From an uncultured Gemmataceae bacterium (GTDB lineage Bacteria; Planctomycetota; Planctomycetia; Gemmatales; Gemmataceae): a DNA stretch of 64,000 nt. Below the pieces are notes generated by a model that searched no databases, had not been told where the DNA came from, and saw only the letters and a list, made by a program, of their open reading frames with translations. The stretch lies in assembly GCA_963750165.1 (NCBI GenBank), contig CAVVPN010000003.1, positions 2,304,001 through 2,368,000 on the forward strand. Direction: 5' to 3'. Numbering within the stretch: position 1 is the first letter of the stretch; every line of letters begins with the position of its first letter. Made by a program: the position numbers and the translations under genes. Positions 55,010 through 64,000 of the stretch are shown piece by piece.

Positions 55010-57485
55010 ATGCACCGCTTCACGTTCGCCGCCCTCGCCGTCAGCGCCCTGGCCGTCCCTCTGCTCGGCCAGCAACCCGCCCCGGACAAGGCAAAACCCA
55101 GGCGCGTCCTGCCCGGCCTGGACGCGACCGGCGCCGTGCGGCTGCACAACCAGTGGTCGCTGCGGCCGGCCGGCAAGCAGGTGGAGCTGGGCGACTTCCC
55201 CGTCGCCGCGGCGCTGCACCCCAGCGGCCAGTGGCTCGCGGTGCTGCACGCCGGCTACGGCCCCCACGAAATCCACATCGTCAACCTCGATTCCACCGGG
55301 CCGCGCGTCGCCAACCGCGTTACGCTGAAGCAGACCTTCGGCGGCCTCGCGTTCACGCCGGACGGCAAGACCCTGCTCGCCGGCGGCGGCGAATTCGATG
55401 TCGTCCACCGCTTTCGCTTTGAAAAAGACGCCGGCCTGCTCGCGGACTACAAATCGCTGGAAATCCCGAAGAAGACTGACAAGTTCATCCCCAATGGGAT
55501 GGCGGTGAGTCCGGACGGCAAGACCGTGTACGTCGCCGGCACCTGGGGCCACGCCGTCAGCGTGCTCTACCCGGACGAGCCCAAACGTGCCGGGTACGTC
55601 CCGCTCGGCAAGGACAGTTACCCTTACGGCTGCCTGCTCGACAAGGCGGGTGAAACGCTGTACGTCAGCCTGTGGAACAAGGCCCAGGTGGCGGTGATCA
55701 ATTTGAAATTGAAAACAGTCGTCCGCCACTTCAGCACCGAGAAACACCCGACCGAAATGCTGCTGTCGCCGGACGGCAAGGCCCTGTTCGTCGCCTGCAG
55801 CAACTCGACGCAGGTGAGCGTCGTCAGCGTGGCCGACGGCAAGAACCTGGAGACGATCCACTGCGCCCTGTACCCGAAGGCGCCCAGCGGCAACACGCCG
55901 AACAGCCTGGCGCTGACGCCGGGCGGCGAGCTGCTGTTCGTGACCAACGCGGACGCCAACAACGTCGCCGTCTTCAACGTCAGCAAGCCGGGCAAGGCGA
56001 AGCCGCTCGGCTTCATCCCGGCCGGCATGTACCCGACGGCGGTGCGCCTCGACGCGGCCGCCAAGAAGCTGTACGTCGTCAACGCCCGCGGCATCATGCC
56101 GAAGTCAAACCGCCACGGCCCCAATCCGATCAAGCTCGGCTACGGCGGCATCCGCGAGTACATCGGCGGCCTGTACCGCGGCACCCTGAGCGTGCTGGAC
56201 ATCCCCACCGAGGAGCGTATGGTCGCCTACACGCAGCAGGCGCTGCTGTGCAGTCCGCTGCGGCCCGACGCGGGCGCCACCGGCGAGCGGCCCGCGGACA
56301 GTCCCATTCCCGCGAAGGTCGGCGACGCCAGCCCGATCAAGCACTGCATCTACATCATCCGCGAGAACCGCACTTACGATCAGGTTCTCGGCGACATCAA
56401 GGAGGGCAACGGCGACGCGAGCCTGTGCATTTTCCCGGAGAAGGTAACGCCCAACGCCCACCGGCTGGCGCGGCAGTTCGTGCTGCTCGACAACTTTTAC
56501 GTTGACGGCGAGGTGTCTGCGGACGGCCACGAATGGAGCATGGGCGCGTACGCCACGGACTTCGTCAAGAAGGTGTGGCCGCTCGCCTACCGTGGCAGCC
56601 CGACGAAAAAGATGAACATTTACCCGTCCGAGGGCATGCACGACGACATCGAACGGCCGGCGGGCGGCTATATCTGGGACCGCTGCGCCGAGGCGAAGGT
56701 CAGCTACCGCAGCTACGGCGAATGGGTCGAGAACGGCAAGACGCCGAAGGACCCGGCGAAGGCGCGCGTCAAGGCGCTGGAGGGCCACATTGACCCGTGG
56801 TTCCGCAGTTACGACCTGGACTACCCCGACGTGAAGCGGGCGGAGCGTTTCATTGAAGAGCTGAAGGGCTTCGAGAAGCAGGGCGAGATGCCGCAGTTCA
56901 TGGTGGTGCGACTGCCGAACGACCACACCTACGGCACCCGGGTCGGCAAGCCGACACCGACCGCGATGGTCGCGGAGAATGACCACGCGCTCGGGCTGAC
57001 CATCGAGGCGATTACCAGGAGCAAGTTCTGGAAGGACACGGCGATCTTCGTGCTGGAGGATGACGCCCAGAACGGCTCCGATCACGTGGACGCGCACCGC
57101 AGCGTGGCCCTGGTCATCAGCCCGTACACCAAACGCAAATATGTTGATTCGACGATGTACTCGACGACCAGCATGTTGCGGACGATGGGGCTGATTCTGG
57201 GGCTGCGGCCGATGAGCCAGTTCGATGCGGCGGCGACGCCGATGTACCACGCCTTCCAGGCCAAGCCAGACCTGACGCCGTATACGCATGTGGTGCCGGA
57301 CGTGGGCATGAAGGCGAAGAACACCGCCCAGGCGTGGGGCGCCGAACTGTCGGCGAAGATGGATTTTTCCGTCGAGGACGCGGCGGATGATTTGCTGTTG
57401 AATGAAGTGATCTGGCGCTCGGTGCGCAGGCCCGAACTCGCCGATGCCGCCGCCGGTGCGCTCCGCGTTCGTGTATCCGAAATAG
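55010..57485 (+). CDS. secreted YVTN/YncE beta-propeller + alkaline-phosphatase-like phosphoesterase; extra base near 57428
   Basis: signal peptide; SPDGK repeats; PIKHCIYIIRENRTYDQVLGD, LLDNFY, SADGHEW, LPNDHT, EDDAQNGSDHVDAHRS; corrected end GPNSPMPPPVRSAFVYPK*. Confidence 0.88.
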
Positions 57486-57505
57486 CCGTGAGGGATAAGC
57501 GCGCA

Positions 57506-57618
57506 TTATTCACCGCGGAGAACGCAGCGAGCGCAGAGAGACGACAAAGAAATGGATAAACCATTCTTTGTCTTCTCGCTGCGCTCTTTGCGCTCTCTGC
57601 GCTCTCCGCGGTGAATAA
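57506..57618. repeat. palindromic element between convergent genes (family B-like)
   Basis: ttattcaccgcggagaacgcag...ctgcgctctccgcggtgaataa. Confidence 0.78.
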
Positions 57619-57625
57619 ATCCTGC

Positions 57626-58254
57626 TTAGCGGCCGTTGTTGCCATACCAGTAGCTCGGCGCCTGGCCATAGTTCGGCGTGTTATAGCCGTAGTTCTGATA
57701 ATAGTTCGGCTGATAGCCGACGTAGCCGTTGGCGGGGTAGTTGCCGTAGCCCTGGTAGGCAGCCGCCTGCATCACGCCGTAGTTATACAGGTAGGGGTTG
57801 TAGCCCCAGTAGTAGGCAGCGGGGTTCAGCTGGGCGGGGTTGGGTGGCGTGAACTGCGGACCAGACGGCGGACCTTGCGGCAGCTGCTTCGCGGGCGACA
57901 TCTGGGCGCGGCGGCCTGCGGCTGCAGGACGGTGCCCGGGGCGGGCAGGCAACCGCCGTCGCCGCAGAAGCCCATCGTGCAGGACGGCGCGCCGCAGCCG
58001 GTGAAGCACGACGGCATGGCCGGCGGCGGGCAGCAGCCGCTGAACTGGCCGCCGCTCATCATCAGCGGGCAGCAGCCGTCGGCCATGATGTTGCCATAGC
58101 ATACCGGGCTGAAAGCGTTGTACGGCCGAATGCAGATGTACGTGGAATACTTGCTGCAGCGACAGCGCCAGCAGCGCAACCCGGCGGACGACACTTGCGG
58201 GAGCACGCCGAGTACCGTCATGCTCAGCAGGCTCAGAAAGAGAAGTTTTTTCAT
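57626..58254 (-). CDS. secreted Cys-rich / Tyr-Gly-Asn-rich low-complexity protein; frameshift near 57905
   Basis: MKKLLFLSLLSMTVLG signal; CWRCRCSKYSTYICIRPYNAFSPVC; tail AAYYWGYNPYLYNYG...APSYWYGNNGR in the shifted frame. Confidence 0.65.
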
Positions 58255-58491
58255 GGCGCGGTGGGTATCCGAGTGTGGGGGCGGACGCCCCAGTCCACCG
58301 TCCTGGTGGCGAGCGTGCGCCCGTGATCCGCTGGAAATTTACCACCCGTCCCGAACCGGTGCGGCGGCGGCGACGACTTTTTTTCGCCGCCGCCGTCGCC
58401 GCGCCCGGGCGCGACAGGCGCATTGCGCGGATCCCACCGCGGTCGCAGAACGCGCCGAGAAAACGGCGCCGGCGGCGATTTTCGCTCAAGT

Positions 58492-59340
58492 TCACGCGGC
58501 GGCTGCTGGCCGCTTGACCCGGCGCATGTCGAGCACGGGAATGGTGGACAGAATGTCGCGCGTGGTGAGCAGCGCCTTGTCGGCGGACTCGCGCGCCGTC
58601 GGCTCGCTGCCGATGGCGACGTGCCAGGCCTGCAGCACCTGATGAACGCGCTCGCGGCGAGCGGCGTCGAGGATGCCGGCGCACTGCGCCGCGGTGAGCA
58701 GCCGTTCGGGGTCGGTCGGCGCCTCGTGGTAGTCGTGCGCCAGCAGGGCGCGCTGCAACCGGGTCTCCAGCGCCTTCCACGACTCGATGACGGCCAGGTC
58801 AAAGTGATCGCCGGCGAACATCTCCTGGGCGCGGTTGAGCGCTTCGGCCTCGCGCTCGACCAGTTGCGACATGCGGGAGGCGACGTCCTGGGCGCTGAGC
58901 CGGCCGCGCAGCCAGAGGGCGCCGGCCTGCGTGACTAGCAGCCAGAAGACGCCCAGGCCCAGCGGCACCCACGGGGCGACGCGCGCCACCCAGGCGATGT
59001 CGCTGTGCTTGAGCAGCTGGTTCTCCAGGAGGTAGGCCAGGTACAGACCGCCGTAGAACGGCGGCAGCAGCAGGGCGACGGCGTAGATGTAGTTGCCGAG
59101 GCGCTCCGCCGTGCCGGCCCAGCGGGCGCTAAGCAGCATCAGGCTGTAGAAGTAGACCACCAGCGCCACCAGGCCCGCCAGGACGCCGTAGACGAGGCCG
59201 ATGCTCAGATAAATTTTGTTCTCGTCGAAGCCGTAATCGAAGCCCACGTGCTGGATCTTCTCCACGAGCGGGTGCAGAGCGAACAGCGTGCCCAGCAGCA
59301 CCAGCGTGAGATGCATCTTCGTCCTGGTGAACTCGGTCAT
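58492..59340 (-). CDS. integral membrane protein (about 4 TM) with C-terminal HEPN/DUF4145-like helical domain
   Basis: MTEFTRTKMHLTLVLLGTLFALHP; TM helices; FDLAVIESWKALETRLQRAL. Confidence 0.7.
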   Translation of the reverse strand: MTEFTRTKMHLTLVLLGTLFALHPLVEKIQHVGFDYGFDENKIYLSIGLVYGVLAGLVALVVYFYSLMLLSARWAGTAERLGNYIYAVALLLPPFYGGLYLAYLLENQLLKHSDIAWVARVAPWVPLGLGVFWLLVTQAGALWLRGRLSAQDVASRMSQLVEREAEALNRAQEMFAGDHFDLAVIESWKALETRLQRALLAHDYHEAPTDPERLLTAAQCAGILDAARRERVHQVLQAWHVAIGSEPTARESADKALLTTRDILSTIPVLDMRRVKRPAAAA

Positions 59341-59561
59341 TGATGGGACTCGCCAAATGGGTCGGCGCGGCCCGTGCGCGTGTGAGAGGACGCGCTCCGG
59401 GCCGCGTCTGGCGGATATTGTAGGGCGGGGCGTCAATCTAATCTGACGATCACCGCTGTTCAATCTTGTAGTGGTGGTCCTGGCCGAGCAGCCACACCAC
59501 GTCACGGGGGCGGTCCACGATCAGGGGGAAATCTGGCCGTCCCGGATTTTGGTGAAAGTCT

Positions 59562-59738
59562 TTACGCCGAAGGCGTTGGATAACAAAGCCCGGGGTCGCG
59601 CAGCGCACCCCGGGAACCGAACGTCATTAATTGGCTTACGCCGAAGGCGTTACATCAATTCCCCGGTGTTAACGTGATAGCTCTCCCCGGGGTGCGCTGC
59701 GCGACTCCGGGCTTTGTTATCCAACGCCTTCGGCGTAA
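59562..59738. repeat. MITE/REPIN-like element with ~53-bp terminal inverted repeats
   Basis: ttacgccgaaggcgttggataacaaagcccggggtcgcgcagcgcaccccggg ... cccggggtgcgctgcgcgactccgggctttgttatccaacgccttcggcgtaa, with an internal ttacgccgaaggcgtt copy. Confidence 0.8.
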
Positions 59739-59811
59739 CAATACCAACGTCATGGTACAGTTGCTTGGTAGTAGCGATGATCACGGTAACCTACTTCCCC
59801 AAGTTTACGGC

Positions 59812-62400
59812 TCACGCCCCGTGGAAATCCACCTCCGCCTCCAGCGCGTGCTTCTGAATGAAGTCGCGGCGCGGCTCGACCTTCTCGCCCATCAGCGTGC
59901 GAAACATGTCGTCCGCCTTCATCGCGTCGTCCAGCTGCACCCGCAGCAGCGTCCGCTTCGCCGGGTCCAGCGTCGTCTCCCACAGCTCGCCGGGATCCAT
60001 TTCGCCCAGTCCCTTGAAGCGCGTCACCGACAGGCCGCGCTCGCCGGTCTTACGCACCTCCGCCACCAGGCTGCGCAGGTCCGTCAGCCAGCGCTGCGCC
60101 TCGCCATTCTCCAGCCGGAAGCGCTGCGGTGGCTCGCGTCCAGCCACGCGCTCCAGCGGCACCAGGTCCGCCCCGCTCATCCCGAACTCGCGCAGCCGTT
60201 CCAGACCGCGGTTGATGGCGCGCACCTCGTGCAACTCCTGCACGTGCAGCGTCACCGCCGGGTGGCCGTTGCCGTTGACGGGAGCCTGCCCGTCCGCACC
60301 GGCCACCGGCGTCACGGCTCGCAGCTCATCGCCGACCACGAGCGGGTGGCCCAGCTCTGCTTCCTTCGCCTGGCGGAAGGCGTCCAGCTCCGCCTGCGTC
60401 CGGAACCACTGCTCGCCGGTGCCCAGCGTCACGCGGTAGACCGGCAGTCCCTGGTCGGTTGCCCGCGCCAGAAAATCCTTCAGGCTCAGGCCGCGCCGCA
60501 CCAGGATTTCCAGCGGCTCCGCGACGTCGTTCAGCACCCCCACCAGCCGCTCCAGCTGTTCGCCCTCCAACACCGCCGCCGGCCGCGGGTGCATCCCCGT
60601 CATGCCCAGCACCGCGTCGGCCGTCAACTCCTGCAACCGCAGCCGCGTGCCGTCCAGGCCGCGCCGCATCAACTCCTGCGTCATTGCCTCCGCCGTCTGC
60701 ACGAAGCGCACCTGCTTCTTCTGCGTCACCTTGTACAGGGGCGGCCGCGCCACGTACACGTGCCCGTCCTCGATCAGCTTGCGCATCTGCCGGTAGAAGA
60801 ACGTCAGCAGCAGCGTGCGGATGTGCTGGCCGTCCACGTCGGCGTCGGTCAGGATGACGATCTTGCCGTAGCGCGGGTTCGCCGGCTCCTCGCTGTAGCC
60901 GATGTCCACGCCCACCGCCGAGATCAGATTGCAAATCTCCTCGTTGCCCAGCACCTTCTCCGGCCGCGCCTTCTCGACGTTCAGCACCTTGCCGCGCAAC
61001 GGCAGAATCGCCTGGTAAAAGCGGTCGCGTCCGCTCTCGGCCGAGCCGCCGGCGGACTGGCCCTCCACCAGGAACAGCTCCGACTCGTCACGGTCGCGAC
61101 TGGTGCAGTCCATCAGCTTGCCGGGCAGGCCGCCGGAGTTCAGGATGTTCTTGCGGTCCTTCATCGCCTTGCGCACCTTGGCCGCGGCCTCGCGCGCCTG
61201 GGCGGACAACTCCACCTTCTTGATGATGCGCAGGGCGTCCTTTGGGTTCTCCTCCAGGAACGTGCCCAGTTGCTCGCTCACCACGCTGATGACGGCGCCC
61301 TCGACCTCGGGGTTGTTCAACTTGACCTTTGTCTGCGACTCGAACTGCGGATCGGGCACCTGCACGCTGACGATGGCCGTCAGCCCTTCGCGAAAGTCCT
61401 CGCCCTTGGGTTCGACGTTCTTGAACAGCCCTTCCTTGGTACCGTAACTGTTGAGTGTCTTCGTCATGGCGGCGCGGAAGCCGCTCAGGTGCGTGCCGCC
61501 GCCGGGGTTGTGGGCGTTGTTGGCGTAGCAGTACACCTTCTCCTCGTCGCTGTCGGTGTATTGCAGGGCCACTTCCACGCGGATGTCGTCAATCGTCTTC
61601 TCGATGTAAATCGGCTTGTGCAGCGTCGTGACATCGGCGCGCTTGGTCAGGTACTCGACAAACTCGGACACGCCGCCGGCGTAGTGGAACGTTTCTTCCT
61701 TGTTGATGCGCTCGTCGGCCAGCTTGATAACCAGGCCCTTGTTGAGAAACGCCAGTTCGCGCAGGTGCGTCTCCAGGGTGTCGTACTTGAACTCAATGTG
61801 GTGGAAAATCTGCGGGTCCGGCTTGAACTTGACGGTGGTGCCGGTGCGCTTGCCGGCGGCGCCGATTTCAGTGACCGGCGTGATCGCCTTGCCGCGCTCG
61901 TACTCTTGCTGATACACCTTGCCGTTGCGGCGCACCTCCGCCAGCGTCCACTCGCTCAGGGCCGTCACCGCCTTGGCGCCCATGCCGTGCAGGCCGGCGG
62001 AGACCTTGTAGACGCCCTTGTCAAACTTGCCGCCGGCGCCGACGGTGGTCATCGCCACCTCCAACGTCGATCGTTTTTCTTCCGGGTGCATTTCCACGGG
62101 GATGCCGCGGCCGTCATCCATGACGCTAACGCTGCCGTCCACGTTGATCTTCACCTGGATGGTGCGGCAGAAGCCAGCCAGAGCCTCGTCCACGCTGTTG
62201 TAAACCAGTTCATAGACGAGGTGGTGCAGGCCCTTGCTGCCGGTGTCGCCGATGTACATGCCGGGCCGCTTGCGGATGTGAGCGGCGTTCTTCAGCACCT
62301 GCATGCTCTCTTCGGTGTACTCCTCAACGCCGGCCTGGTGGGCCGCCCGCTCCTCCGCGGTCAACTCGTCGGCCACAACCACGTTCGCTTGCTCGCTCAT
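59812..62400 (-). CDS. gyrB: DNA gyrase subunit B
   Basis: IRKRPGMYIG, ELVYNSVDE, DDGRGIP, GLHGMG, LPGKLMDC, FLVEGQSAGGS, PLRGKVLN, TDADVDGQHI, RFKGLGEM. Confidence 0.97.
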   Translation of the reverse strand: MSEQANVVVADELTAEERAAHQAGVEEYTEESMQVLKNAAHIRKRPGMYIGDTGSKGLHHLVYELVYNSVDEALAGFCRTIQVKINVDGSVSVMDDGRGIPVEMHPEEKRSTLEVAMTTVGAGGKFDKGVYKVSAGLHGMGAKAVTALSEWTLAEVRRNGKVYQQEYERGKAITPVTEIGAAGKRTGTTVKFKPDPQIFHHIEFKYDTLETHLRELAFLNKGLVIKLADERINKEETFHYAGGVSEFVEYLTKRADVTTLHKPIYIEKTIDDIRVEVALQYTDSDEEKVYCYANNAHNPGGGTHLSGFRAAMTKTLNSYGTKEGLFKNVEPKGEDFREGLTAIVSVQVPDPQFESQTKVKLNNPEVEGAVISVVSEQLGTFLEENPKDALRIIKKVELSAQAREAAAKVRKAMKDRKNILNSGGLPGKLMDCTSRDRDESELFLVEGQSAGGSAESGRDRFYQAILPLRGKVLNVEKARPEKVLGNEEICNLISAVGVDIGYSEEPANPRYGKIVILTDADVDGQHIRTLLLTFFYRQMRKLIEDGHVYVARPPLYKVTQKKQVRFVQTAEAMTQELMRRGLDGTRLRLQELTADAVLGMTGMHPRPAAVLEGEQLERLVGVLNDVAEPLEILVRRGLSLKDFLARATDQGLPVYRVTLGTGEQWFRTQAELDAFRQAKEAELGHPLVVGDELRAVTPVAGADGQAPVNGNGHPAVTLHVQELHEVRAINRGLERLREFGMSGADLVPLERVAGREPPQRFRLENGEAQRWLTDLRSLVAEVRKTGERGLSVTRFKGLGEMDPGELWETTLDPAKRTLLRVQLDDAMKADDMFRTLMGEKVEPRRDFIQKHALEAEVDFHGA

Positions 62401-62441
62401 TGCGGTTCCTCACTGTCGAATGCCCCGGCTGGGGCGCTTGT

Positions 62442-62774
62442 TTACGGTTCAGTGTTCCACGTCCCGGCGCAGAAGCGCAGGTCGGTCAGAGTGGTGTTGG
62501 ACAGCCGGCCGCGCAGCAGTTGCAGCAGCCGTTTCTTGTGGAAGTGGGCCAGCTCCTGCAACAGCACCGCGTTGGCGACCTCCACCTCCAGCACGCCGCG
62601 GCGCAGAGCCACGACGCGCGTGTGCGGGGCGAACTCCGGCCCGACCGCCTCGGCCCAGGCACGCTCCAGGTGCAGCCGGCCCTGCCGCCGACCCCAGCCG
62701 CGCGCCGTGAACAACCGGGCGAGGATTTCGCCCAGCGGCTCGGGGCCCTTGTCGGGGTTCTTGCCCTTGGCCAT
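62442..62774 (-). CDS. dciA: DUF721 / DciA family protein
   Basis: GPEPLGEIL..LERAWAEAVG..TRVVALRRGVLEVEV..LQEL; located between dnaN and gyrB. Confidence 0.85.
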   Translation of the reverse strand: MAKGKNPDKGPEPLGEILARLFTARGWGRRQGRLHLERAWAEAVGPEFAPHTRVVALRRGVLEVEVANAVLLQELAHFHKKRLLQLLRGRLSNTTLTDLRFCAGTWNTEP

Positions 62775-62783
62775 GCGCACTCC

Positions 62784-62844
62784 TCGTGGGGCAGGCTTTC
62801 CAGCCTGCCGACCTGAATGGCAGGCTGGAAAGCCTGCCCCACGA
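62784..62844. repeat. intergenic REP doublet, family C
   Basis: tcgtggggcaggctttccagcctgcc...ggcaggctggaaagcctgccccacga. Confidence 0.85.
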
Positions 62845-62849
62845 CCGGA

Positions 62850-63971
62850 TCACTCGACCTCGCGGAACGGCACCACCAGGTACTGATAATCGTTCGGTTC
62901 GTTGCGGAACAGCGCCGGGCTGTTGCCGTCGTTCATCTCCACTGTCAGCGGCGCGTCCACGTCCAGGATGCGCAGCATTTCCACCAGGAACTTCGGATCA
63001 AAACTGATCTGCACAGTCTTGCCTTCGTAGTCGATGGGCAGTTCCACGTGCGAGCGGCTGGCGTCGGTGCCACGGGCGGACAACGTTAGTTTGCCCTTGG
63101 CGAACTGGAAGACGACGCGGCGGCTGTCGTCCTCCGTCATGATGGCCGCCTGGCGCACGGCGCTCATGAACGGCCCGACCAGCAGCGGAATCTTGATCGG
63201 CTGCTTGGCTGGCAGCACCTTGCGGTAGTCCGGAAAGCGGCCCTCCAGCAGCCGGCTGTAAATCATGGCCCGTTCGGTGCGCACCAGGATTTCGTTGGGC
63301 CGCAGAGCGACGCGCACCGTTTCGTCCGGTTCCTGCAAGTTGCGTTCAAGCAGCGTCATCGCCTTGGGCGGCACCACGGGCATGTGGCTCTTGGTACTGT
63401 GGCCGCCGTGAGCCGTGGCGGGACCGTCCGTACACGCCAGACGCCGGCCATCCGTCGCCACCAGACGAATATGGTCCTCGTCCAGCTCCCACAGCACACC
63501 GGTGGTGGCGCCGTAGCGAGCCTGCTCCGCCACCGCGGCGGCGAACTGCGTCCGTTTAATCATCTCGCGCAGCACACCGGCGCTGACCTCGTGGTACTTC
63601 TCCTCCACGAACGCCGGGAAGTCTGGAAACGCCGAGGGGTCCTCGCTCGGCATCTCAAACTCGTTGTAGCGGCCGCGCAGCACGCAACTGCCGGGGTTGG
63701 CCTCAACGGTGACTTCCTCGTCTGTGGATTCGCGCAGGATGGCGATGAGGCGGGCCACCGGCAGCATGGCCTCGCCGGGCTCCTCGACGGTAACGGAGCG
63801 CACGTCGATGCGAATGCCGACCTCCGTGTCCGTGGCCATCAGCGTGCAGCGATCCGGCTGGGCAATGGTTTTGACGTTCTTCAAAATGGGTTTCACGTCG
63901 CGGGCCGCCACCGCCACGCTGGCAAGCTGACAGGCCTGCAAGAAACCTTCGCGATGACAAATCGCTTTCAT
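62850..63971 (-). CDS. dnaN: DNA polymerase III subunit beta (sliding clamp)
   Basis: KPILKNV, LMATDTEVGI, LVATDGRRLA, SRLLEGRFPDYRKV, ISFDPKFL, YLVVP. Confidence 0.97.
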   Translation of the reverse strand: MKAICHREGFLQACQLASVAVAARDVKPILKNVKTIAQPDRCTLMATDTEVGIRIDVRSVTVEEPGEAMLPVARLIAILRESTDEEVTVEANPGSCVLRGRYNEFEMPSEDPSAFPDFPAFVEEKYHEVSAGVLREMIKRTQFAAAVAEQARYGATTGVLWELDEDHIRLVATDGRRLACTDGPATAHGGHSTKSHMPVVPPKAMTLLERNLQEPDETVRVALRPNEILVRTERAMIYSRLLEGRFPDYRKVLPAKQPIKIPLLVGPFMSAVRQAAIMTEDDSRRVVFQFAKGKLTLSARGTDASRSHVELPIDYEGKTVQISFDPKFLVEMLRILDVDAPLTVEMNDGNSPALFRNEPNDYQYLVVPFREVE

Positions 63972-64000
63972 GAGACTGCTCCTGTCTGACCGGCTGGGCT

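Noticed and set aside
59674..62886. 1070-aa plus-strand ORF
   Set aside because: Shadow of gyrB/dciA; no recognisable motifs

Overview
High-GC bacterial chromosome segment, most likely from a planctomycete of the Gemmataceae type. This is inferred from a PVC-type CxxCH haem protein, an LxVExLEDRxVP secretion motif, a BBP7-like beta-barrel, a DUF1080 protein and a Cys-rich secreted protein. The main feature is a ~23 kb minus-strand lipid biosynthesis cluster (11215-34288): pfaD(ER), pfaA(KS-MAT-2xACP-KR-DH), pfaBC(KS-CLF-AT-DHs), oleA, oleB and oleC. It is a PUFA synthase coupled to head-to-head olefin enzymes, with no oleD or PPTase in the window. Small accessory cassettes fill both junctions between the pfa genes and the region upstream of pfaD. 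They include toxin-antitoxin-like pairs, an HNH protein and a PD-(D/E)XK nuclease split by an IS701-like element with a 4-bp target duplication. The cassettes lie next to duplications of the pfaA 3' end and of the pfaD promoter/leader. REP-like palindromes of several families are common, and some sit in frame inside PfaA and PfaBC linkers. A candidate novel minus-strand twin-hairpin sRNA lies at ~36915-37050, and a degenerate SF1 helicase plus winged-helix pair lies at 46614-50755. The flanks carry housekeeping genes (gap, mdh, lnt, moeA, psd, gyrB, dciA, dnaN). About 14 single-base frameshifts in unrelated genes look like sequencing indel errors rather than true pseudogenes. All calls come from reading motifs by eye; no database searches were run.
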